In this document: piece by piece, positions 38,701 through 46,097 of the stretch | How the letters are laid out: every line of letters begins with the position of its first letter | How positions within the stretch are numbered: the stretch's first letter is position 1 | Source of the DNA: an uncultured Bacteroides sp. | GTDB lineage: Bacteria > Bacteroidota > Bacteroidia > Bacteroidales > GCA-2748055 | DNA: 64,000 nt | Assembly (NCBI GenBank): GCA_964467775.1 | Contig: CAYXUD010000148.1 | Span: 1,604-65,603 of the forward strand | Direction of reading: 5' to 3' | The notes under the pieces: generated by a model | What the model was told of the DNA's origin: nothing | Database searches by the model: none | The model's input: only the letters and a program-made list of their open reading frames with translations | Made by a program: the position numbers and the translations under genes

Positions 38701-41665
38701 AGATATTTAGGGGCTGGTAAAAGGGGTCCAGATCGGCCACCCTGGAGTATTCATATGGACCGGTGCCCCCCGTGGCGGTCACCGTGATGGTCCCGTTCCC
38801 ATCCCCGTAGCACTGAATATCTGTTTTTGCAAGAGCAGCGGAAAGGGGCAGCGGTTCTGCAATGGTCCGCAGGTCTGGATATGCAACGGAACATCCATTG
38901 GCATCGGTAATGGATACGGAATAGGTTTCAGCCGGAAGGCCGGCGGGATCCTCATCGGTGGATACGGTAATCCCCGTACTGTTGGTCCAGTCGAAAACAA
39001 AGGGAGCCGTACCCCCGGACACATCAATCTCGATGGACCCGGTTGCATCCCCGTTGCAGAGCACATCCTGGTGGGAGACGCAGGTTGCCGTAATGGCCGC
39101 GGGCTCTATGATGGTCCCCACATCCGGGAAGTCCATGGTGCAACCGTTACCGTCGGTGACCGAAACGCTGTATGAACCGGGTCCCAGCCCGGAGATATCC
39201 TCGGTGGTTGCAAGAAACCCCCCGGGACCGGTCCAGTTGAAAATATAGGGCTGGATGCCGCCGGTAACCGTGATATCAATGGACCCGTCTGTCAATCCTC
39301 CGCATGAGATATCTATCTTCACAGAGGTGTACTGGATCTCTGCAGGTTCCAGGATGACAGCAATGCCGGTAAACAAGACGGGACAGCCATTGGCATCGGT
39401 GACCGTGACACTGTATGATCCCGGTACCAGTCCGGATACATCCTCGGTGGTCTCGCTGAATCCCCCGGGGCCGGTCCATGCAAAAGTATAAGGGGGAATG
39501 CCTCCCGAAGGGGTCAGGTCCACCGATCCGTTTGCCGCCCCGAAACAATCAATATCCACATGGGTGGCGGAAGCGGTCACTGCCGTGGGTTCTGTAAGCT
39601 CCTGCGGAGCCATCACCCCGGTGCAGCCCAGGTCATCCGTCACAGTCAGCTGGTAGGTTCCGGGAACCAGACCGGAAATATCTTTCCCGGTTTCAGAAAA
39701 TCCGCCGGGTCCGGACCACGCATAGGTATAATCGGGTATACCCCCGGATACAGTAGTCCCGATGGTGCCGTCGGCTCCTCCGTTACAGGAGATATCTGTC
39801 AGAGTGAATGCGGCAGCAATGGGAGTGTTGGTATTGACAGTCGCCACACTGATGAACTCCTTGAGGCAACCCCTGGAATCGGTCAGTGTAAGGTCATAAT
39901 CTCCTGCACCAAGGTTTGCAATGTCCCTGGTGCCGGCAGTGAATCCGCCCGGACCGCTCCATGAATATGAATAGCCGGGTGTGCCTCCTGCCGGGGTGAT
40001 CTGGACCGAGCCGGTGAACTCCCCGTAGCAATCCACGTCGGTGATGTTATCCACCGTTACTGAAAGGTCTGCAGGTTCAGCAATGGTGACCAGATTATCG
40101 GAGAAGAGGATGCAGCCGTTGTTATCCAGGATGGTCAGGTCATAGGTGTCCGGGATAAGGTCATCGGGGTCCTCCTGGCCTGAAGTATGCCCGGTGATAT
40201 CCCCGGTCCAGTTAAAGGTGTAGAAGGGAGTGCCGCCGGTGACCGTAATATCGGCCGATCCATTGCTTCCCCCGAAACAGGAAACCTCTGTAAAGCCATT
40301 TAAGGTGACTGCGATCGGGGCAGGTTCATGAATGGTCAGGAGGCCGGGAAATGGCTGGCTGCAGCCGTTTGCATCTGTGATGGTCACATCGTAATCATCG
40401 GCCGGCATCCCTGTGGGATCCTTTTCAGTGGATGAGTAGCCCGAGGTGGCACCTGACCATAAATAAGTATAGGACGGTGTACCCCCGGACGGCGTGATGG
40501 TGGCTGAGCCATCCGAGAACCCCGGGCATGACACATCGGTAGTACCGTCCACATTGATGTTGAAGGGGTCGGGTTCACCAATGGTGGCAAAGGAGTAGAA
40601 AGTTCTGGAGCAACCGTTGGCATCGTCCAGGATGAAATCATAGATGTCGGCCACCAGGTTGACAGGGTTCTGGTCGGTGGAGATCAAACCGACCACCTGG
40701 CCTTCCCAGTAATAGGAATACCCCCCTGCACCACCGCCGGGGGTCATTCCGGCTTTCCCGTCGTTCCCCCCGATGCAGCTGACATCCGTTGTACTGGTCA
40801 GGAGTGCAGTAAGCTCCGGGGGCTGCGAGACATGGATGGGGCCGGCATTGGCCGAACACATGTTGGCATCGAAGACAGTAACGGAATAATCACCGCTTTC
40901 AAGGCCGGTGATGTCTTCTGTGGTTGCGGTAAATCCGTCGGGCCCGGTCCATGAATAGGTATAGCCTGTTCCAACACCCGAGGGTGTCCCCTCATCCGGG
41001 GTGATGGCAATCGATCCGGTATTGTCGCCATAGCAGAGCACATCAACTACATTGTCAATGGCAATGGTAATGGATGACGGGTTATTGATGTTCAGAACCG
41101 GGGTTACATCTGAAGAGGGACAACCGTCCCTGTCGCTGACCGTTACCGTGTAATCCCCCCCTGACAATCCGGTGAAGATCCCCGTTTCATTGCTTCCGGG
41201 ATCGGGGCCTGCCAGATCAAAGATGTAGTTTCCTCCCTCGCCGATGGCCGTAACGGTAATGGTCCCGTTGTCTGCGTCATGGCAGGTGATATCGGTGTCA
41301 ATGGCCGAGGTGATCGTAATGGGAACCGGTCCGCCTACCGTGGCGTTCTCATTATCAAATCCTATGACGACCGGGTCCCCGTCCTCCACGATCACCAGGT
41401 AGAGGAAGGATTTAATAAGCCCGGTAAACTGATAACTGGTACTGCTGGTGATCCCGCTGCTTGCCACAAAGGTGGCACCCCTGAACAGGGTGTAATTATG
41501 GGCCCCGGTCCCGCCGCTGATGTAGACGAAAAGGGTCCCGTCCGAACCCCCTCCGCAGGTGACCGGTGTTGCACTGATGCTGTCGATGGTCACCTGTGCC
41601 TGCAGGGATAATGCTGATGAAACTAAAACTAGGATCGCAAAGAATGAATTCCTGATTTCTTTCAT
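35729..41665 (-). CDS. Large SprB-repeat surface protein with T9SS type B C-terminal sorting domain
   Basis: Signal peptide ..LQA/Q; about 20 repeats of C.G...G.I.....GG..PY...W....L..G.Y.V.V.D.NGC; C-terminal NVFSPNGDGINDFF..YNRWG..WDG..GTYYY. Confidence 0.92.
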   Translation of the reverse strand: MKEIRNSFFAILVLVSSALSLQAQVTIDSISATPVTCGGGSDGTLFVYISGGTGAHNYTLFRGATFVASSGITSSTSYQFTGLIKSFLYLVIVEDGDPVVIGFDNENATVGGPVPITITSAIDTDITCHDADNGTITVTAIGEGGNYIFDLAGPDPGSNETGIFTGLSGGDYTVTVSDRDGCPSSDVTPVLNINNPSSITIAIDNVVDVLCYGDNTGSIAITPDEGTPSGVGTGYTYSWTGPDGFTATTEDITGLESGDYSVTVFDANMCSANAGPIHVSQPPELTALLTSTTDVSCIGGNDGKAGMTPGGGAGGYSYYWEGQVVGLISTDQNPVNLVADIYDFILDDANGCSRTFYSFATIGEPDPFNINVDGTTDVSCPGFSDGSATITPSGGTPSYTYLWSGATSGYSSTEKDPTGMPADDYDVTITDANGCSQPFPGLLTIHEPAPIAVTLNGFTEVSCFGGSNGSADITVTGGTPFYTFNWTGDITGHTSGQEDPDDLIPDTYDLTILDNNGCILFSDNLVTIAEPADLSVTVDNITDVDCYGEFTGSVQITPAGGTPGYSYSWSGPGGFTAGTRDIANLGAGDYDLTLTDSRGCLKEFISVATVNTNTPIAAAFTLTDISCNGGADGTIGTTVSGGIPDYTYAWSGPGGFSETGKDISGLVPGTYQLTVTDDLGCTGVMAPQELTEPTAVTASATHVDIDCFGAANGSVDLTPSGGIPPYTFAWTGPGGFSETTEDVSGLVPGSYSVTVTDANGCPVLFTGIAVILEPAEIQYTSVKIDISCGGLTDGSIDITVTGGIQPYIFNWTGPGGFLATTEDISGLGPGSYSVSVTDGNGCTMDFPDVGTIIEPAAITATCVSHQDVLCNGDATGSIEIDVSGGTAPFVFDWTNSTGITVSTDEDPAGLPAETYSVSITDANGCSVAYPDLRTIAEPLPLSAALAKTDIQCYGDGNGTITVTATGGTGPYEYSRVADLDPFYQPLNIFSGLGPNLYTIYTRDANRCVVSDTITIEEPEEIQINGETKSGQNLCYGDSSAQINIYDVTGGVLPYEYSINGGADFYSTSLFTNLPAGNYQTVVRDASGCTASGNLNVITQPSMLRIDSYAQEDITSCFDAREGRIVIAGTGGNGKITYTLNDTLSRPLGDFKNLPGGSHKVIMEDENGCTRDTTVVILTPPQIVVDNMTVTHITGCAGDSSGEISVSGSGGTGAITYAVDGGSFQPGGNFAGLTAGNHTLTLKDGQDCTLDTVIAINEPDPVAITAELVTQITCAGTGDGMIEIIASGGTPPLSYTLNPGSVSGPAGLFSSLGPGTYTVTVNDSRGCGPVDSSPLVLSDPPEFLLDSILETDISCNGAGNGSITIYASGGVPPYEYSVDNQATWGPDSLITGLSPDTFEVFARDANFCLLYGGSFIISEPPPLILSITVTDITSCYGDASGAIGATGSGGEGMVEYSMDGVNFQDTGTFVNLAAGAYTIYLRDSVGCLISEPVTINEPAPVTATIEKTDATFGNLGSITITGTAGGTSPYEYTIEGPGGTFSSDTSYTMLEAGTYHVMVRDANGCIYEEMIDILDVLPLAVELTVTDVTCFGENDGTITFNPLDAEGAVEYSVDSGISFYPDALFTGLSGNTTYYLVARDEAGKVFTGSVTIIEPEEIIIARNVTAAECNAFSETGAIDITVTGGSGSFTYLWSDGSSDEDRTNLVAGTYIVQTTDSNNCTGVDTITVNSLVTVDAYAGEDTTICHGTSVQLNGEGGHTPSWSPVDFLSDPGIASPVATGVTETTAYVLTITEEGSVYGCYNTDTVVISIYPLTGIVVTEDTFIVKGTSVQLEVTGGPFSAYRWEPAAGLDNSTIPNPVASPQQSTIYTVYGTSEYGCEESDSVYVEVIEDLKAYNVFSPNGDGINDFFDIENAYRFPEMVVEVYNRWGDMLFSTTGYDDASRWDGKAHGKDAPVGTYYYVIIPYRGAAPITGNVTIIR

Positions 41666-41789
41666 TATGTTCGGATCAGCAGTTATTTACAATACAGCTT
41701 TGCCCTGCATTTGGTTGCAGAGAGCAACACAATTTATTCTCAGACGATTATAAAAATAGATCATCTGCCTTAAGTAGAGGTACAAAGTT

Positions 41790-43031
41790 TTAAACAATCC
41801 CGTCCCTTTCAATGCTTTTAAGGTATTTGCGGGAGATCTGTCTTACAGGAATCCTGGCTGCCATCCATCCGATCAAAAGGACAGTGAACCAGATCATCAG
41901 AATGTCAACAGGCTCGATTCTAACAGGATACGCATCTATGACGAAAGAGCCGCTCCCTTTCAGCCGGATCAGGCCGAAACGCTGTTGGATCCAGCTGATC
42001 CCGGTCCCGAGGAGCAGCCCCAGGAAGCTGCCTGTAACCGAGATCAACCACCCCTCAACCAGAAAGATCTTTCCAATCAGTTGATTACCAGCACCCATAT
42101 TGCGCAGGGAACCAATATCCCTCTTCTTATCGATGATCAGCATGCTGAGCGAACCTATAATATTGAATGAGGCAATAATCAGAATGAAGGTCAGGATCAG
42201 GAAAATGGCCCATTTTTCTGATTTCATGACCCGGTAAAACAGTGCGTTCTGCTGCTCCCGGTTCTTTACATGGAATCCCCCGCCCATGATGGCGATGATA
42301 TCATCCTGCACCTGGTCAGCAGGGAAACGGGGATCCAGTTTCACTTCCAGGAAGGAGACCTCTTTTTCATAAGAAAGAAGTTCCCGCGTAAAATCAATGG
42401 GAACGATCACATATTTAGAATCAAAATCCTGTTCAATGGCAAAGATGCCTGATGGATAGATGAACTCCCTGCGAATGGATTCCTCGGGCTGTGCCATATT
42501 GAACCTGGATTTCCGGTCGATGGAATAGACAAACAGGGGAGTGATGAAATTGAGCCCGATCCTCAGGCTGTAAGCCACGCCCTGTCCGACCACAGCATAG
42601 GGCCGGTTCTCATCCTTCAGCTTCATGGATCCGTCGTATATCATGGAATCAATTCCGGTGACGGTCCGGAAATAATCATCCACTCCTTTGATCGTTGCAA
42701 TGTGTTGCTTCTCCCCGTAAAGCAGCAATACATTCTCCTCAAGAACCTCTGACAGGGCGATCACGCCGGGCAATGCCCGGATCTTTCCGGTTACCAGCGG
42801 ATCAGGTACAAATGTCTTTCCTTCGGCTGCAGAGATCTTGATATCAGGATCAAAAGTGCTGAAAAGGGATTTTACCACCTGGTCGAACCCGTTAAAAACC
42901 GACAACACGATAACCAGGGCCATGGTTCCAACGGTAACCCCGATGACAGAGATTCCGGAGATGATGTTGATGGCATTCTGGGATTTCTTCCCGAAAAGGT
43001 AACGCCTTGCTATGTAAAACGAAAGGTTCAC
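41790..43031 (-). CDS. ABC transporter permease, LolC/E (FtsX-like) family
   Basis: FYIARRYL..VLSVFNGF; one N-terminal and three C-terminal TM segments. GTG start overlaps the upstream TGA (GTGA). Confidence 0.88.
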   Translation of the reverse strand: MNLSFYIARRYLFGKKSQNAINIISGISVIGVTVGTMALVIVLSVFNGFDQVVKSLFSTFDPDIKISAAEGKTFVPDPLVTGKIRALPGVIALSEVLEENVLLLYGEKQHIATIKGVDDYFRTVTGIDSMIYDGSMKLKDENRPYAVVGQGVAYSLRIGLNFITPLFVYSIDRKSRFNMAQPEESIRREFIYPSGIFAIEQDFDSKYVIVPIDFTRELLSYEKEVSFLEVKLDPRFPADQVQDDIIAIMGGGFHVKNREQQNALFYRVMKSEKWAIFLILTFILIIASFNIIGSLSMLIIDKKRDIGSLRNMGAGNQLIGKIFLVEGWLISVTGSFLGLLLGTGISWIQQRFGLIRLKGSGSFVIDAYPVRIEPVDILMIWFTVLLIGWMAARIPVRQISRKYLKSIERDGIV

Positions 43032-43837
43032 CTCTTACACTTCACGATAAGCCCCGTACCCGTGGTATGATGGCCCTTCACATCTGCCATGTTCAGCAGC
43101 AGGCAGACCGGATAGACCACCAGGTAATAGAGAGGAAGGAGCAGCAGAAAAACCCTGCTCATATTGGCCAGCTGAATGGGGTATTTCATGGACAGGCGCC
43201 ATGACATCCTGCCGGGTTTCCCGTAGGAGTAGCGGGTTTCAATATCCTCAAAGCCGGCTTCCCTGAGCTTTCCGGCAATCTCCTCTACCCCGTAGCCATC
43301 CCTCACGTGTTCATCAATGAATGATTCATCATCCTCATGATGCACATCGGATCCTCCCTGGTCCGAAGGCGTGGAGATCAGCAGGATCCCCCCTGGCCTG
43401 AGCGCCCGGCAGAGCCGCTTCATCACTCCCCGGTCATCCTCGATGTGCTCCATCACATCCACTGACAGGATCAAATCATACGCTGATGTCCGGTCAAGTT
43501 GGTTCAGATCAGCATATTCAAAAGAGACGAGGTCCTGTTTGCCGATGGAAGCAAAGAACCGGTTGCAGTCCTCCACCTGCTCCTGCTTGATATCAAGTCC
43601 CGTGATCCTGGCATCCGGGTATTTCCTGGAAAGGTAATGAACATACTGTCCGAATCCTGAACCGGCATCTGCCACATGCCCGGGGTAGAATCCCTCCTTC
43701 CTGAGCTTGCGCAGTTCACGGCGGATATGCCATGAGCGTAACAGAAGCAGATCCAGCAACCGGTAGAACAGCAAACGCAGAAAAGGAGTCCTGTTAAAGA
43801 TGGTCCCCAGGCTGCGTTTGATGGGATCATACTTCAT
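43028..43837 (-). CDS. Class I SAM-dependent methyltransferase
   Basis: ADAGSGFG motif I, YDLILSVDVMEH and LRPGGILLISTP. Confidence 0.9.
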   Translation of the reverse strand: MKYDPIKRSLGTIFNRTPFLRLLFYRLLDLLLLRSWHIRRELRKLRKEGFYPGHVADAGSGFGQYVHYLSRKYPDARITGLDIKQEQVEDCNRFFASIGKQDLVSFEYADLNQLDRTSAYDLILSVDVMEHIEDDRGVMKRLCRALRPGGILLISTPSDQGGSDVHHEDDESFIDEHVRDGYGVEEIAGKLREAGFEDIETRYSYGKPGRMSWRLSMKYPIQLANMSRVFLLLLPLYYLVVYPVCLLLNMADVKGHHTTGTGLIVKCKR

Positions 43838-43839
43838 TT

Positions 43840-44178
43840 TCAGTTATTTAAGAGATTCTCGATCCGGTCAATATAGTCGAGGGAGTCGTCCAGGTAGAAA
43901 ACGAATTCAGGGATATGCTTCAACTGGTCACGGAGCCTTTTTCCCATTTCACTTCTGACCATCAGTGCCCGTTCGGCCACTGTCTTGAGATCGTGATCCT
44001 TTTGCTCACCCGGGAAAATGCTCAGGTAGACTTTCGCCACACCCAGGTCGGGGCTGATCCGGACCACGGTAACCGTGACCATTTTCCCGCCTGTCAGTTC
44101 CGGACCGTTCTTCTGGAAATAATTCCCGAGTTCTTTCTGTAACAGCCTGGAAACTTTATGCTGGCGGGTGGTGGTCAT
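43840..44178 (-). CDS. rbfA: Ribosome-binding factor A
   Basis: VTVTVVRISPDLGVAKVYLS and IPEFVFYLDDSL motifs. Confidence 0.95.
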   Translation of the reverse strand: MTTTRQHKVSRLLQKELGNYFQKNGPELTGGKMVTVTVVRISPDLGVAKVYLSIFPGEQKDHDLKTVAERALMVRSEMGKRLRDQLKHIPEFVFYLDDSLDYIDRIENLLNN

Positions 44179-44224
44179 GCTGGCAAAAGTACGTTTTTTC
44201 CATAACATTTTATAGTTTTGCAGC

Positions 44225-45214
44225 ATGGACACAGTATTGAGCGGGATCAGGTCGACCGGGAACCTGCACCTGGGGAATTACTTCGGGGCGGTGAAGAATT
44301 TTGTGAAAATGCAGCATGAAAACAGGTGCTTCTTCTTTGTGGCTGACTACCACTCCCTGACCACCCATCCAAAGCCGGACAACCTGCAGGACAACATCAG
44401 GACCGTGATCTCCGAGTACCTGGCAGCCGGACTGGATCCCGAAGTGGCCACCCTCTATGTACAGAGCGATGTTCCCGAGATCCCCGAACTCTACCTGTTG
44501 CTCAATATGAATGCCTATGTGGGGGAGCTGGAACGCACCACCACATTCAAGGAGAAGATCCGCAAGCAACCCGAGAACATCAATGCGGGACTGCTAACCT
44601 ACCCGGTGCTGATGTGTGCGGATATCATCATCCATAATGCGGACAAGGTACCCGTGGGAAAGGACCAGGAACAGAATCTGGAAATGGCGAGGAGATTTGC
44701 AAGGCGGTTCAACCACATGTACGGGGTGGAGTACTTTACGCTGCCTGAACCATACAATTTCGGGGATGAGCTGATCAAGGTACCGGGCCTGGATGGCACC
44801 GGCAAGATGGGGAAAAGTGAAGGGAACGGCATCTATCTTGCCGATCAGCCGGGGGTGATCCGGAAAAAGGTGATGAAGGCCGTGACCGATACCGGACCCC
44901 GGGAACCCAATTCCCCCATGAGTGAACCGGTAGCCAATCTTTTCTACCTGCTTGAATTGCTTTCCACGCCGGACACCGTTGAACACTTCAGGAGCAGGTA
45001 CAATGATTGTTCCATCCGGTACGGGGAGCTGAAGAAACAGCTGGCCGAGGATATCATTGCATTTACCTCACCCATCAGGGAACGCATCAACGAGATTTAT
45101 AACAATGCGGAAACCCTGAGGAAGGTGGTGAAAATGGGGGCGGAAAAGGCCCGCGAAAGCGCCTCGAAGACGGTCCGTGATGTCCGCGGGATCATCGGTT
45201 ATAAGCCGTTCTGA
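44225..45214 (+). CDS. trpS: Tryptophan--tRNA ligase
   Basis: SGIRSTGNLHLGNY, VPVGKDQ and KMGKS motifs. Confidence 0.97.
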   Translation: MDTVLSGIRSTGNLHLGNYFGAVKNFVKMQHENRCFFFVADYHSLTTHPKPDNLQDNIRTVISEYLAAGLDPEVATLYVQSDVPEIPELYLLLNMNAYVGELERTTTFKEKIRKQPENINAGLLTYPVLMCADIIIHNADKVPVGKDQEQNLEMARRFARRFNHMYGVEYFTLPEPYNFGDELIKVPGLDGTGKMGKSEGNGIYLADQPGVIRKKVMKAVTDTGPREPNSPMSEPVANLFYLLELLSTPDTVEHFRSRYNDCSIRYGELKKQLAEDIIAFTSPIRERINEIYNNAETLRKVVKMGAEKARESASKTVRDVRGIIGYKPF

Positions 45215-45257
45215 GGGCTTCAATAACCCTGAAGAAGATACGGGGGGAGATCGGTGG

Positions 45258-45291
45258 AAAAAATAGAAGTCCGCCTGTTGGAGACGGACCT
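45258..45291 (-). terminator. Intrinsic terminator (candidate sRNA and/or ung)
   Basis: AGGUCCGUCU-CCAAC-AGGCGGACUU then CUAUUUUUU. Confidence 0.8.
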
Positions 45292-45327
45292 GGCCCCGAA
45301 GGGAATATAATTGGATGAACTGTCACC
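45258..45327 (-). ncRNA. Candidate sigma54-dependent small RNA (~70 nt)
   Basis: Starts about 12 nt after a sigma54 -12 element. Single-stranded 5' part, CCC-UUCG-GGG hairpin, 10-bp terminator stem and U tract. No ORF on this strand. Confidence 0.55.
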
Positions 45328-45336
45328 TGATAAAAC

Positions 45337-45353
45337 ACAAATAGCGTGCCAAA
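45337..45353 (-). promoter_or_regulatory. Putative sigma54 (-24/-12) promoter
   Basis: Minus strand TTTGGCACGCTATTTGT versus the consensus TGGCACG-N4-TTGC. Confidence 0.7.
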
Positions 45354-45378
45354 AAGGGTCACTTCGGAACCTGCCTGC

Positions 45379-46056
45379 CTACAGGGACCAGTTGATCCTG
45401 TCAATCCCCTGCTGCTTCAGGTAGGTATTGGCCTTGGAGAAGTGGCGGCAACCGAAAAAGCCGTTGTTTGCAGAGAACGGGGAGGGATGGGCGGCTTTCA
45501 GAAGCAGGTGTTTCTGCCCATCGATCAGGGACTCTTTTGCCTGGGCATACCTTCCCCAAAGCAGGAAAACGACCCCTGTTTTCAATTGTGAAATCTTCCC
45601 GATAACCGAATCGGTAAAGGTTTCCCATCCCCGGTTCTGGTGTGATCCTGCCTGGCCGGCCCGTACCGTCAGGGTGGCATTCAGGAGCAGCACCCCCTGG
45701 TCTGCCCAGCTTTCCAGGCTGCCGTGAACGGGAACGGGGATCCCCAGATCAGCATGAAGCTCTCTGAAGATGTTGACCAGTGAAGGTGGCTGGGGGATCC
45801 CGGCAGGTACCGAAAAGCACAATCCATGTGCCTGCCCTTTGCCATGGTAGGGATCCTGACCGAGGATCACCGCCCTGACCTTCCCGAAGGGAGTGTGATG
45901 AAAGGCGTTGAAAATCAGTTTTCCGGGCGGGAAAATGGTAAATTTCTGCCGTTCCAGCAGAAGGAACTCTTTCAGCTCCCTGAAATAGGGCGACTGGAAC
46001 TCATCCCACAGGATCCTCTTCCATCCCTCCTCGATGACCGGATCAATAGGCTGCAT
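45379..46056 (-). CDS. ung: Uracil-DNA glycosylase (family 1)
   Basis: GQDPYH, GVLLLN and HPSP motifs. Confidence 0.97.
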   Translation of the reverse strand: MQPIDPVIEEGWKRILWDEFQSPYFRELKEFLLLERQKFTIFPPGKLIFNAFHHTPFGKVRAVILGQDPYHGKGQAHGLCFSVPAGIPQPPSLVNIFRELHADLGIPVPVHGSLESWADQGVLLLNATLTVRAGQAGSHQNRGWETFTDSVIGKISQLKTGVVFLLWGRYAQAKESLIDGQKHLLLKAAHPSPFSANNGFFGCRHFSKANTYLKQQGIDRINWSL

Positions 46057-46097
46057 GGAGATGAAAGATACCAAATGTGGATCTCCCATGCAATCTT

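Noticed and set aside
35729-41665. Repetitive sequence that might be a CRISPR array, DGR or recent tandem duplication
   Set aside because: The repeats are diverged protein-level SprB domains in one open frame, not identical DNA repeats with spacers. No cas or reverse transcriptase gene is present.
23656-43031. lolD-like ATPase and lolC/E-like permease are unlinked, and gldA lacks adjacent gldF/gldG
   Set aside because: Dispersed ABC subunits are usual in Bacteroidota.
45315-45344. 9-codon + strand ORF (MNCHLIKHK) in the trpS-ung gap
   Set aside because: No promoter or terminator in that orientation; all signals in the gap point to the minus strand.
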